Shown: positions 39,459-47,337 of the stretch, in pieces | How the letters are laid out: each line of letters begins with the position of its first letter | Numbering within the stretch: position 1 is the stretch's first letter | From: Novosphingopyxis sp. | Lineage (GTDB): Bacteria; Pseudomonadota; Alphaproteobacteria; Sphingomonadales; Sphingomonadaceae | Length of the DNA: 47,337 bases | Assembly: GCA_042090735.1 (NCBI GenBank) | Contig: JBELIU010000001.1 | Span: 1 to 47,337, forward strand | Direction of reading: 5' to 3' | The notes under the pieces: generated by a model | Told to the model about the DNA's origin: nothing | Databases searched by the model: none | What the model saw: only the letters and a program-made list of their open reading frames with translations | Made by a program: the position numbers and the translations under genes

Positions 39459-40013
39459 TCAGGCGGCTTCCGGTCGCTTGTCCATCTCCGCGTCGGCTTC
39501 GCAGTCATCCGCCAGCCATTCGAAGTGCCGTGCCGGTGCGCGGCCTTGGCGGCCCTCACTCCAGCGCGCCTCGATCCGTCCGGTATCCCGAAAACCGATC
39601 TTGCGCAGGACGGCGCCGGACGCCGGATTATCGACGAAATGGGTAGCGGTCAGTCTGCGATAACCCAGCGCCCGGCCGATCTCGACGAGGGCACGGCCCG
39701 CTTCGGTGGCGAAGCCCCGGTTCCAGGCATCGTGCCGGATCCAGTAACCCAGTGCGATCCGCCCTTCGGTTTCGTCCAGGCCACATGTGCCGATGAGCCG
39801 CGGGCGGTCCGCGGTCCGGTCGACAATCAGCAGATGGGGCAGGGGATCGCGCGCCGCCCTATCGCAATACAAGTCGGCATCGCCGGGCCGATAGGGCCAG
39901 GGCAGCCGCGCCAGATTGCGGACGAGACGTTCGTCATTCGCCGCTTCGAAAATTGCGGGCGCATCTTCCGGCCATGGTGGCCGCAGCAACAGCCTTTCGG
40001 TAATCGCAAACAT
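39459..40013 (-). CDS. GNAT N-acetyltransferase (RimJ/RimL type)
   Basis: TERLLLRP, LGYWI...WNRGFATEA, DNPASGAVLRKIGF; RBS GGAGG. Confidence 0.92.
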   Translation of the reverse strand: MFAITERLLLRPPWPEDAPAIFEAANDERLVRNLARLPWPYRPGDADLYCDRAARDPLPHLLIVDRTADRPRLIGTCGLDETEGRIALGYWIRHDAWNRGFATEAGRALVEIGRALGYRRLTATHFVDNPASGAVLRKIGFRDTGRIEARWSEGRQGRAPARHFEWLADDCEADAEMDKRPEAA

Positions 40014-40143
40014 GTCTCTCGCTCCTCCCGCCTCCGGAGCCTCCGTAACGCCGCGATATGACGGCTTGGGGAAACGCGGACGACGTCCTTGAAGGGAGAT
40101 GTTTTTCTGTAGGGCCGGTAGTTTTCCGTCTGCCGGACACAAC

Positions 40144-40175
40144 AAAAAAGGGAGGCGGGGCGGCCCGTCTCCCTT
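40144..40175 (-). terminator. Rho-independent terminator of rplU-rpmA
   Basis: Minus strand GGGAGACGGG-CCGC-CCCGCCTCCC-TTTTTT. Confidence 0.85.
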
Positions 40176-40247
40176 CCGATTGCGAAATCTCGTTCTACCG
40201 AGATCTCCGGGCCATCCCATCGGGACAGCCCTTTAACGGCTGTCCGC

Positions 40248-40517
40248 TTATTCTGCCGCTTCGGCGGCCATGTCTACCGACACATATTTGCGGCCAAGCT
40301 TGCCGCCGTGGAATCGGACTCGGCCCTCTGTAAGAGCGAAAAGCGTGTGATCCTTACCGAGACCAACATTGGTACCCGGATAAATCTTCGTGCCGCGCTG
40401 GCGCATGATGATGTTGCCGCCGACAACCTGCTCGCCGCCGAATTTCTTCACACCAAGACGCTTGCCTGCCGAATCGCGACCGTTGCGCGACGAGCCGCCT
40501 GCTTTTTTATGTGCCAT
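40248..40517 (-). CDS. rpmA: 50S ribosomal protein bL27
   Basis: [24 protein letters not shown]. Confidence 0.99.
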   Translation of the reverse strand: MAHKKAGGSSRNGRDSAGKRLGVKKFGGEQVVGGNIIMRQRGTKIYPGTNVGLGKDHTLFALTEGRVRFHGGKLGRKYVSVDMAAEAAE

Positions 40518-40520
40518 GGC

Positions 40521-41015
40521 TCAGCCTTCCTTTTCTTCGTTCTTCGCAGCGTTCTTGGACGGCGCCTGCTTGGTCACGGTCTCAGCCTTGCCCTTGCCCT
40601 CGGCGGTCGCCTTCTTGGGCGATGCCTTGCTGGCAGCAGCCTTTGCGGGCTTGGCTTCGTCCTCGGACTTGGCGTCGGCCTTCGGCTCGGCTGCCTTCTT
40701 GGAGGCGGCCTTCTTCTCATCACCGATCGACAGGATCTCCAGCAGGGTGACCTGCTGACGATGGCCCTGCTTGCGGCGATAATTGTGCCGGCGGCGCTTC
40801 TTGAAAACGATGACCTTATCGGTCTTGTCCTGCGCAATGATGCGCGCACCGACGGTCAGCTTCGACACATCCTTCAGGTCGGCACCTTCGCCGGCCATCA
40901 GGACGTCGTCCAGCGTTACGCTGTCGCCGGCTTCACCGGACAGCTTTTCGACGGCAATTTTGTCTCCGGCGGCGACGCGATATTGCTTGCCGCCCGTGCG
41001 CACGATCGCGAACAT
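40521..41015 (-). CDS. rplU: 50S ribosomal protein bL21 with Lys/Ala-rich C-terminal extension
   Basis: [14 protein letters not shown]...[17 protein letters not shown]. Confidence 0.98.
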   Translation of the reverse strand: MFAIVRTGGKQYRVAAGDKIAVEKLSGEAGDSVTLDDVLMAGEGADLKDVSKLTVGARIIAQDKTDKVIVFKKRRRHNYRRKQGHRQQVTLLEILSIGDEKKAASKKAAEPKADAKSEDEAKPAKAAASKASPKKATAEGKGKAETVTKQAPSKNAAKNEEKEG

Positions 41016-41054
41016 GGGCTTTTCACTCGATTCAGGGTTCGATAAATCTGTTGC

Positions 41055-41136
41055 CCAGCGCGAAAACCAAAAAGGCGCGAAGCCACCGGCCTCGCGCTGG
41101 AATGGCGTCAGCTAAGGGGAGGGGGCGGGCTTGTCA
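41055..41136 (-). promoter_or_regulatory. rplU promoter (TTGACA -35) and structured 5' leader
   Basis: TTGACA-17-TAGCTG, then CCAGCGCGAGGCC-GGT-GGCTTCGCGC-CTTTTTGGTTTTCGCGCTGG. Confidence 0.6.
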
Positions 41137-41200
41137 ACGCTTTTCCCGCTTTGGTGCTGCGCTATTGCGGGCGCGCTCGGGCCGTCATAGAGCCTGGACG

Positions 41201-41728
41201 ATGAAATGGCTATGCTGCCCCCTCCCTCTGCTGCTCCTGCCCGGCTGTGTTCAGGGATCGGAGTCGTTCCCCTCGCTTTTGCCGCGGCCCTATGAGGTCG
41301 ATGCCGCCGATCTGAGCAAGCGTCCGGCGTCGCAGCCTGAACCCGCACCTGCGCCGGTGACGCCGCTCTCTTATGAGCAGCGCCGCATGCTGGCAGCGGC
41401 CGTCGAGCAGTTTCGCGCCGCCGATGATGCTTTCCGGGCCGCACTGCCCGCGGTGCGCAGCGCGGTCTCTGCCGCTCCGAGAAGCGGAAGCGGTAGCGAG
41501 CCCTGGATCTACGCACAGGTGTTACTCTCGCGGCTGGAGATTGCGCGGGCGCCCAGCGTGGAAGCCCTGGCCACGATCGATCAGCTACTGATCCAACGGC
41601 TTGCGCAGGAAAGCCAGCGCGCTGCAGGCGGCGGCACGAGCGAGATCGAGGCTGCCCGCGCACCGATCGCACAGGCCGTGGAAGAGCAAAGCGCCATCAT
41701 AGCCGGCCTAGCGGGGCGCATCGGCTGA
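41201..41728 (+). CDS. Lipoprotein of unknown function
   Basis: Lipobox LPGC, FPSLLPRPYE, GSEPW..AQ..LS.LE..R helical domain. Confidence 0.75.
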   Translation: MKWLCCPLPLLLLPGCVQGSESFPSLLPRPYEVDAADLSKRPASQPEPAPAPVTPLSYEQRRMLAAAVEQFRAADDAFRAALPAVRSAVSAAPRSGSGSEPWIYAQVLLSRLEIARAPSVEALATIDQLLIQRLAQESQRAAGGGTSEIEAARAPIAQAVEEQSAIIAGLAGRIG

Positions 41729-42280
41729 ACTGTCCTCGCGCGGCCGCGGGCCGGACAGCGCAGGCACAGCCTCCGCTGCATCCTCCGGCGTGATGCCGGG
41801 CGGCGGCGCAGCGGACAGGCGTTCCTCGCGCCGCGCGACCCGGCCTGCGCGCTGCACCGCATCCACAAGACGCGGATATACGCCGCAGCGGCACAGGTTC
41901 GGCAGCCCGGCCTCGATCTGCTCGCGCGTGGGATTGGACGTTTTGCGCAGCAGCACCGCAGCCGCCATCACCATGCCCGGCGTGCAGAAGCCGCATTGCA
42001 CCGCGCCGGTGGCGGCAAAGGCCTGCTGGACCGGATGGCCGCGATCGCGCGACAGGCCCTCGATGGTGGTCACGAAGCGTCCCTCCACCTCGCTTATGGT
42101 AACGAGGCAGGAGCGGATAGCCTCGCCGTCGATATCCACCGTGCAGGCACCGCAATCGCCCACGCCGCAGCCATATTTGGTGCCGGTGAGATTGGACGCC
42201 TCGCGCAGCGCAAACAGAAGCGGCGTGTCCGGGTCCATGCGATACTCGACGGGACGATCGTTGACTGTGAACTTGGTCAT
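41708..42280 (-). CDS. (2Fe-2S)-binding protein, IorA/CoxS-type small subunit
   Basis: GTKYGCGVGDCGACTV...SC, QCGFCTPG, NLCRCG. Confidence 0.93.
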   Translation of the reverse strand: MTKFTVNDRPVEYRMDPDTPLLFALREASNLTGTKYGCGVGDCGACTVDIDGEAIRSCLVTISEVEGRFVTTIEGLSRDRGHPVQQAFAATGAVQCGFCTPGMVMAAAVLLRKTSNPTREQIEAGLPNLCRCGVYPRLVDAVQRAGRVARREERLSAAPPPGITPEDAAEAVPALSGPRPREDSSADAPR

Positions 42281-42483
42281 GAGATGCGGGCGATCGGCTG
42301 GAAAGTCGCAAGGGTCCGCATACGTCTCCCCCTGTTTCGCTCTCTTTCATTCGAAAGAGCTTCCTGTGGCGAGCGGTCTATAGATACGGCGAACGTCATA
42401 GGAGCCGGTTTTACGTGAGCAAGACCGCGTAGGACAGCAAAACCGCCGTTCCGACGCGGGTTTTGCGCGGCGCGCCGCCCGGT

Positions 42484-43257
42484 CTATTCCCGCCAGCTTT
42501 GGTCGATCTTGTCGACCTTGCGCACCATTGCCGCGAAATCGGCCGCGCCGGGGCCGCCGGGCAGCTGCGTCTGATGCAGATCGCGCTGATGCACCTTGAC
42601 CACATCCTCCGACACGCTGACCGGCTGACCCATGGAGAGGGTGGCCAGCTGAATCTCGCAGGCGCGCTGCAGGGCCCAGTGGGTGACGAACACCTCGGGC
42701 AGGGTGCGACCGAGCACGACGGGGCCGTGATTCTTCAGCATCATGATGCGCTTGTCGCCAAGGTTCTGGCGCAGTCGTACGCCTTCTTCGTCGCGCACGG
42801 TGACGCCCTCGAAGTCGTGATAGGCGATCTGCCCGATGAAGTTGCAGGCGTAGAAGTTCACCGGCTGCAGTCCGCCCTCCAGCGCGCTCACGGCCATTGT
42901 CGCGGTGGTGTGGGTGTGCGCGATGGCGTGCGCCCAATCCAATTCGCGGTGGAACATCGAATGCTGGACGAAGCCGGCCTTGTTCACAGGATAGGGGTTA
43001 TCGTCCAGCTTGTTCCCGTCGATGTCGATCTTGACGAGGTTGGAGGCCTTCACTTCGCTGAAGAGGAGGCCGAACGGGTTGATCAGAAACGCGTTCTTTT
43101 CGCCCGGCACTTTCACCGTGATGTGGTTGTAGATCGATTCGGACCAGCCCAGCATGTCGAACACACGGTAACAGGCGGCCAGTTGCTGGCGGGCCTCCCA
43201 CTCGTCCTCGCTCATTTCGGACGGGGCTTCGCGACGGGCGTTGACTGCGGTGGCCAT
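42484..43257 (-). CDS. Class II aldolase/adducin family protein
   Basis: IYNHIT, FLINPFG..F.EV.ASNL, AHTHT, LKNHG. Confidence 0.92.
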   Translation of the reverse strand: MATAVNARREAPSEMSEDEWEARQQLAACYRVFDMLGWSESIYNHITVKVPGEKNAFLINPFGLLFSEVKASNLVKIDIDGNKLDDNPYPVNKAGFVQHSMFHRELDWAHAIAHTHTTATMAVSALEGGLQPVNFYACNFIGQIAYHDFEGVTVRDEEGVRLRQNLGDKRIMMLKNHGPVVLGRTLPEVFVTHWALQRACEIQLATLSMGQPVSVSEDVVKVHQRDLHQTQLPGGPGAADFAAMVRKVDKIDQSWRE

Positions 43258-43434
43258 GACTGCTCTCCTAGGGTTCTTCTTTGCAACCCAATGTAGCTCA
43301 GTTGCGGGAGGGTGGCCAGCGTGCGGGTGATCGCTTCATGCGCCGTCGGATCGCTTTGACGGCGCTTTTTCAGGCAGCCACTGGCAAAAAGACTTGTCTT
43401 TTGCTATATAGGCTGTAACAACCCGCAGGATTTT

Positions 43435-43464
43435 GCCGCCCGCGAGGTGCGGCTTTTTTGTTTT
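43435..43464 (+). promoter_or_regulatory. Terminator-like hairpin in the rpsU leader
   Basis: GCCGCCC-GCGA-GGTGCGGC-TTTTTTGTTTT, 50 nt upstream of the rpsU ATG. Confidence 0.55.
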
Positions 43465-43514
43465 ATAATAGGGCCAGGGCAGGCCAACAACCGGATTTGG
43501 AGTGACGGACTTTT

Positions 43515-43715
43515 ATGCAGATCATCGTTCGCGATAACAATGTCGATCAGGCGTTGCGGGCTCTCAAGAAGAAGCTGCAGCGCGAAGGTGTGTATCGCGA
43601 AATGAAGCTGCGCCGCCACTATGAGAAGCCATCGGAAAAGCGCGCTCGCGAGAAGGCTGCTGCCGTCCGCCGCGCTCGCAAGATGGACCGCAAGCGCGCC
43701 GAACGCGATAGCTGA
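43515..43715 (+). CDS. rpsU: 30S ribosomal protein bS21
   Basis: [25 protein letters not shown]...YEKPS. Confidence 0.99.
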   Translation: MQIIVRDNNVDQALRALKKKLQREGVYREMKLRRHYEKPSEKRAREKAAAVRRARKMDRKRAERDS

Positions 43716-43745
43716 TCGGCTTTGCCGAATAGACAAATTCGAGAC

Positions 43746-43767
43746 GGGCGCCTGCGGGCGCCCTTTT
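43746..43767 (+). terminator. Rho-independent terminator after rpsU
   Basis: GGGCGCC-TGCG-GGCGCCC-TTTT. Confidence 0.85.
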
Positions 43768-43825
43768 CATATCCGCCGCGCTGTCCTATCGCGCTGGCGA
43801 AGATCATCCCAGACGAGGATTGCTG

Positions 43826-44392
43826 ATGTCCGCTACCGCCGTTCCGATTCGCCCCGTCAAAAAGGGCACGCTCACCACTTTCTGGATCGGCATCGCCGTC
43901 CTCGTGGCCGTGGCAGCGCTGTTCGTCTGGATCGGCACCAGCCCGCTCAGCGGTCACACGCTGGACGGCGGCACGACGATCGAGACGCTGGCAGAGGGTG
44001 AGGGGCCAAGCCCCGCCGCCGACGACTTCGTGTTGGTCAACTACACCGGTAAGCTGAAGGACGGGACGGTGTTCGATTCCGGTGAGCGCGCCCCGCTGCA
44101 GGTCGACGGCGTCATCCCCGGCTTCTCCGCCGGGCTTCAGCAGATGCAGAAGGGCGGCAAATACCGTCTGACGATCCCGGCCGATCAGGCCTATGGCGCC
44201 GAAGAAAAGCGCGATCCGCAGAGCGGCGAGGTCGTGATCCCCGCGAACAGCGATCTGGTGTTCGATGTCGAGCTGGAAGACTTCAAGTCGAAGGCCGAAG
44301 TGATGCAGATGCAGCAGCAGATGATGATGCAACAGATGATGCAGGGCGGCGGCGCTCCCGGCGCTCCGGGTGCTCCGGCACCGGGCCAGTAA
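43826..44392 (+). CDS. Membrane-anchored FKBP-type peptidyl-prolyl isomerase
   Basis: N-terminal TM; VNYTGKLKDGTVFDS, VIPGF..GL..M, IP...AYG, IPANSDLVFDVEL. Confidence 0.95.
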   Translation: MSATAVPIRPVKKGTLTTFWIGIAVLVAVAALFVWIGTSPLSGHTLDGGTTIETLAEGEGPSPAADDFVLVNYTGKLKDGTVFDSGERAPLQVDGVIPGFSAGLQQMQKGGKYRLTIPADQAYGAEEKRDPQSGEVVIPANSDLVFDVELEDFKSKAEVMQMQQQMMMQQMMQGGGAPGAPGAPAPGQ

Positions 44393-44436
44393 GCTTTACC
44401 CCTTCGGCCGGGCGAGAATTCAGTCTCCCGCCTGGC

Positions 44437-45423
44437 TCAGTTTTTTCGAAGCGCTCTCATCCGCGCCGCCACTGCTTCCACCGGATGCGCGGCGGCGCGT
44501 TTGCGTGAGGCCTTCAGCGCGGGATAGCCGGCGCGCGCATCCGCCATCAGCTTGTTCACGAAACTGCCGTCCTGTACCTCACCCAGGATGCGCTTCATTT
44601 CGGCCCGCGCGGCATCGCCCACGATCCGCCCACTGCCTTCGGCGGCCCCGAATTCCGCAGTGTTCGAGATCGCCTCGCGCATCCCGGCGATGCCGCGTTC
44701 GTAGATGAGGTCGGCCAGAAGCTTCACCTCGGTCAAACATTCGAAATAGGCGATTTCCGGCGCGAAGCCTGCGTCCACCAGCGTGTCGAACCCGGCTTCG
44801 ATCAGCTCCGGGATCACGCCCCAGAGCACGCCCTGTTCGTTGAACAGATCCGCTTCGGTCTCTTCCTGAAAGCTCGTTTCCAGAATGCCCGCCCGGCCGC
44901 AGCCCAATGCGCCTGCGTAGGCGAGGGCGGTGGCGCGCGCCGATCCGCTGGCGTCCTGCGCCACGGCGACGAGACCGATCAGTCCGGCGCCACGCTCATA
45001 ATCGGCGCGCAGGGCCTTGCCCGGCCCCTTGGGCGCGACAAGGATGATGTCGAGATCGGGCCGCGGCGCGATCAGCCCGTAATGGATGGCGAGGCCGTGG
45101 GCGAACCCGATTGTCGCACCCTCGCGCACCGCGTCCGCCAGCTCGCGGGACCAGAGGTCTGCTTGGACTTCGTCCGGCACCAGCAGCATGACGACATCCG
45201 CGCGCGATGCGGCCTCAGCCATGGCGACGGGATCGAACCCGTCTTCGCGCGCCGCCTTCTCGCTTGCCGAGCCGTGGCGCAGGCCGATCAGCACATGCGC
45301 GCCGCTATCGCGCAGGTTCAGCGCCTGTGCGCGGCCCTGATTGCCATAGCCGATAATGGCGACGGTTCTGCGGTCCAGGGCGCTGAGATCGATGTCGGCA
45401 TCGGTGAGGATCGGGTTGGTCAT
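44437..45423 (-). CDS. ilvC: Ketol-acid reductoisomerase (divergent)
   Basis: IIGYGNQGRAQALNLRDSG, PDE.Q, FAHG, APKGPG, ETEADLF.EQ, AYFEC, SNTAE. Confidence 0.9.
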   Translation of the reverse strand: MTNPILTDADIDLSALDRRTVAIIGYGNQGRAQALNLRDSGAHVLIGLRHGSASEKAAREDGFDPVAMAEAASRADVVMLLVPDEVQADLWSRELADAVREGATIGFAHGLAIHYGLIAPRPDLDIILVAPKGPGKALRADYERGAGLIGLVAVAQDASGSARATALAYAGALGCGRAGILETSFQEETEADLFNEQGVLWGVIPELIEAGFDTLVDAGFAPEIAYFECLTEVKLLADLIYERGIAGMREAISNTAEFGAAEGSGRIVGDAARAEMKRILGEVQDGSFVNKLMADARAGYPALKASRKRAAAHPVEAVAARMRALRKN

Positions 45424-45454
45424 AAACCGCGTGTCGCAGGAGCGTGAGGCAGGT

Positions 45455-46375
45455 TCAAGGGGTGGGCAGCAGCAACGGCAACGCTTCGGCGGGATCGCCC
45501 GTCCAGCGCGGCCAGTCTTCGGGCGGCTGGTTGCGGAACCAGGTATATTGCCGCTTGGCATAGCGCCGCGTGGCAAGCTGGCCCGCCGCCACGGCGTCCT
45601 CGCGATCGACCTCCCCCCGCAGCATCGCCGTGATTTCCGGCACACCGATGGCGCGCATGACGGGCAGCGCCGGATCGATCCGCCGCGCGAGCAGCGCCTC
45701 CACCTCCGCTACCGCGCCGCTGTCCATCATTCCGGCAAAGCGCCGGTCGCAGCGATCGTAGAGCCAGTCCCGATCGGGCAGCAGGATGAGAGGCGTGAGC
45801 GTCACATGGCTGCCGATGCCTCCATGCTTCTCCGCCCGCCAGGCGAGCGCGCTGCGCCCCGTGGAGCGGATGATTTCCAGCGCGCGCGCGATCCGGCTGC
45901 TGTCTCCTGCGTTCAGCCGCGCGGCCATATCGGCATCCTCGCGCTGCAGTGCGGCATAGGCGTCGGCGACTGCCAGCGCGCGAACCGCGGAACGGACATC
46001 CGGATCGATCGTCGGGATCGGCGCGATGCCGTCCAGCAGCGTGCGCAGATATAGGCCGGTGCCACCGACGAGCACCGGCAGGCGCTGCACGTCCCAGGCG
46101 GCCTCGATCTCGGCCGTCGCATCTGCCGCCCAGCGCGCTGCCGAGCAGCTCTCGGTGCCGTCGAGATAACCGAACAGCTTGTGCGGCACTTCGCCGCGCT
46201 CCTCGCCGGTCGGCTGCGCGCTGAGGGTCGGCAGATCGCGATAGACCTGCGCGCTGTCGGCATTGATGACGGTGAGGGGTTTGCGCGCCGCCAAGGCGAT
46301 CGACAGCGCGGTCTTGCCGCTCGCCGTCGGACCTGCGATCAGCGCCAGCGGCCGTCTTGTTTCAGGAGAATCCAT
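45455..46375 (-). CDS. miaA: tRNA dimethylallyltransferase
   Basis: [37 protein letters not shown]. Confidence 0.97.
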   Translation of the reverse strand: MDSPETRRPLALIAGPTASGKTALSIALAARKPLTVINADSAQVYRDLPTLSAQPTGEERGEVPHKLFGYLDGTESCSAARWAADATAEIEAAWDVQRLPVLVGGTGLYLRTLLDGIAPIPTIDPDVRSAVRALAVADAYAALQREDADMAARLNAGDSSRIARALEIIRSTGRSALAWRAEKHGGIGSHVTLTPLILLPDRDWLYDRCDRRFAGMMDSGAVAEVEALLARRIDPALPVMRAIGVPEITAMLRGEVDREDAVAAGQLATRRYAKRQYTWFRNQPPEDWPRWTGDPAEALPLLLPTP

Positions 46376-47255
46376 GACCATCGCCACGCTGATAGCAGCC
46401 GACAGCCTGAAAGGGCACGACATCGATGCCGCCGCCGATCGTCTGCGCGATGCGGGTTTCGCGGTGACGGCGCGCGACTGGATCGACGAGGGCGTGGCGG
46501 CAGACATCGTGACGGACGGGGAGGTTGCGGCCGTCCGGGGCGCGCTCGCTCCGCTCGAGGACAGGTTCGACGTCGTCGTCCAGCCGGAGGGCCACCGGCG
46601 CAAGATGCTGCTTGTCTCGGATATGGACAGCACGATGATCACCGTCGAATGCATCGACGAGCTGGCCGATTATGCGGGTCTCAAGGACGAAATCAGCGCC
46701 GTTACCGAGCGGGCGATGCGCGGCGAACTGGACTTCGTCGAAGCGCTGCGTGGGCGGGTGAAGCTGCTCGAAGGGCTGGAGGCGAGCGCGATCGAGCGGT
46801 GCCGGGAGGAACGGGTGCGGATCATGCCCGGCGCGCGCGAGCTCGTCCGCACCATGCGTGCTTGGGGCGCGCAGTGCATTCTCGTCTCCGGCGGCTTCCA
46901 CCATTTCGCCGATCCCGTGGCCGCCGAAATCGGTTTTCACCGCGCGGTGGCCAACCGGCTGGCCGTGGAGGGCGACCGGCTTAGCGGAGAGGTGAGCGGT
47001 CCGATCGTGGACGCGGCGGTGAAAGCCCGGCTGCTTGCCGATAGCGCCGCCGATCTGGATCTCGCTGGTTTGCAAACGCTGGCGGTTGGCGACGGCGCCA
47101 ACGACATCCCGATGATCGAGGCGGCGGGGCTGGGCGTTGCCTATCACGCCAAGCCAAAGGCGGCGGCGGCGGCGGATGCCGCGGTCCGGCACAATGATCT
47201 GACGGCGCTGCTCTACGCGCAGGGCGTACCGCGAGGCCAGTGGGCGGCGGACTGA
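46374..47255 (+). CDS. serB: Phosphoserine phosphatase
   Basis: [30 protein letters not shown]; RBS AGGAG lies inside miaA. Confidence 0.96.
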   Translation: MTIATLIAADSLKGHDIDAAADRLRDAGFAVTARDWIDEGVAADIVTDGEVAAVRGALAPLEDRFDVVVQPEGHRRKMLLVSDMDSTMITVECIDELADYAGLKDEISAVTERAMRGELDFVEALRGRVKLLEGLEASAIERCREERVRIMPGARELVRTMRAWGAQCILVSGGFHHFADPVAAEIGFHRAVANRLAVEGDRLSGEVSGPIVDAAVKARLLADSAADLDLAGLQTLAVGDGANDIPMIEAAGLGVAYHAKPKAAAAADAAVRHNDLTALLYAQGVPRGQWAAD

Positions 47256-47259
47256 GCGC

Positions 47260-47337
47260 TTATTTCTTCAGGCTGAAGCAGCCGCTGCCAGCGCGCTTCA
47301 CGGCGGCGCACATCCGGTCAGCCTCCGCCGTCGTGGC
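47260..47337 (-). CDS. C-terminal end of a probable SPOR-domain protein (partial)
   Basis: Hand translation ...ATTAEADRMCAAVKRAGSGCFSLKK*, with the A..C..(L/V)K..G..CF pattern of alphaproteobacterial SPOR C-termini. Confidence 0.55.
   Translation of the reverse strand, partial: ATTAEADRMCAAVKRAGSGCFSLKK

Noticed and set aside
44407-44436. Hairpins between convergent genes (also 2920-2955)
   Set aside because: Plausible weak bidirectional terminators, but with imperfect stems and no U-tracts; not supportable as features.

Overview
GC-rich alphaproteobacterial chromosome segment. Gene content and order point to Sphingomonadales. It is mostly housekeeping: purL, der-bamB-yfgM, panB, xseB-ispA-coaD-cyclophilin-queA, tgt, glnE-bcp, erpA-xth, obgE, tRNA-Ala(CGC), rplU-rpmA, rpsU, ilvC-miaA/serB. 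It also carries a ceramide/sphingolipid locus (bcerS, His-box hydroxylase, lptFG, DUF2141, spt, ACP, cerR). I saw no integrase, transposase, prophage or CRISPR array. The strongest unexplained signal is a 20-bp operator-like site, TATTGACA-N4-TGTCAGTA, with identical arms at two loci about 33.6 kb apart. One copy is on the -35 of a Coq4-like gene and the other lies between a TetR gene and two ferritin-like metal-dependent hydrolase paralogs, suggesting a TetR regulon of metalloenzymes. Also notable: an orphan lipoprotein-type DUF2282/bufferin-like peptide lacking the two central cysteines, three single-base gene lesions (two in-frame stops, one ATC start), structured leaders on rplU and rpsU, an 89-nt hairpin after erpA, a divergent ilvC without ilvIH, and several promoter-adjacent (leaderless-type) starts. 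Family calls come from motif recognition by eye; no searches were run.
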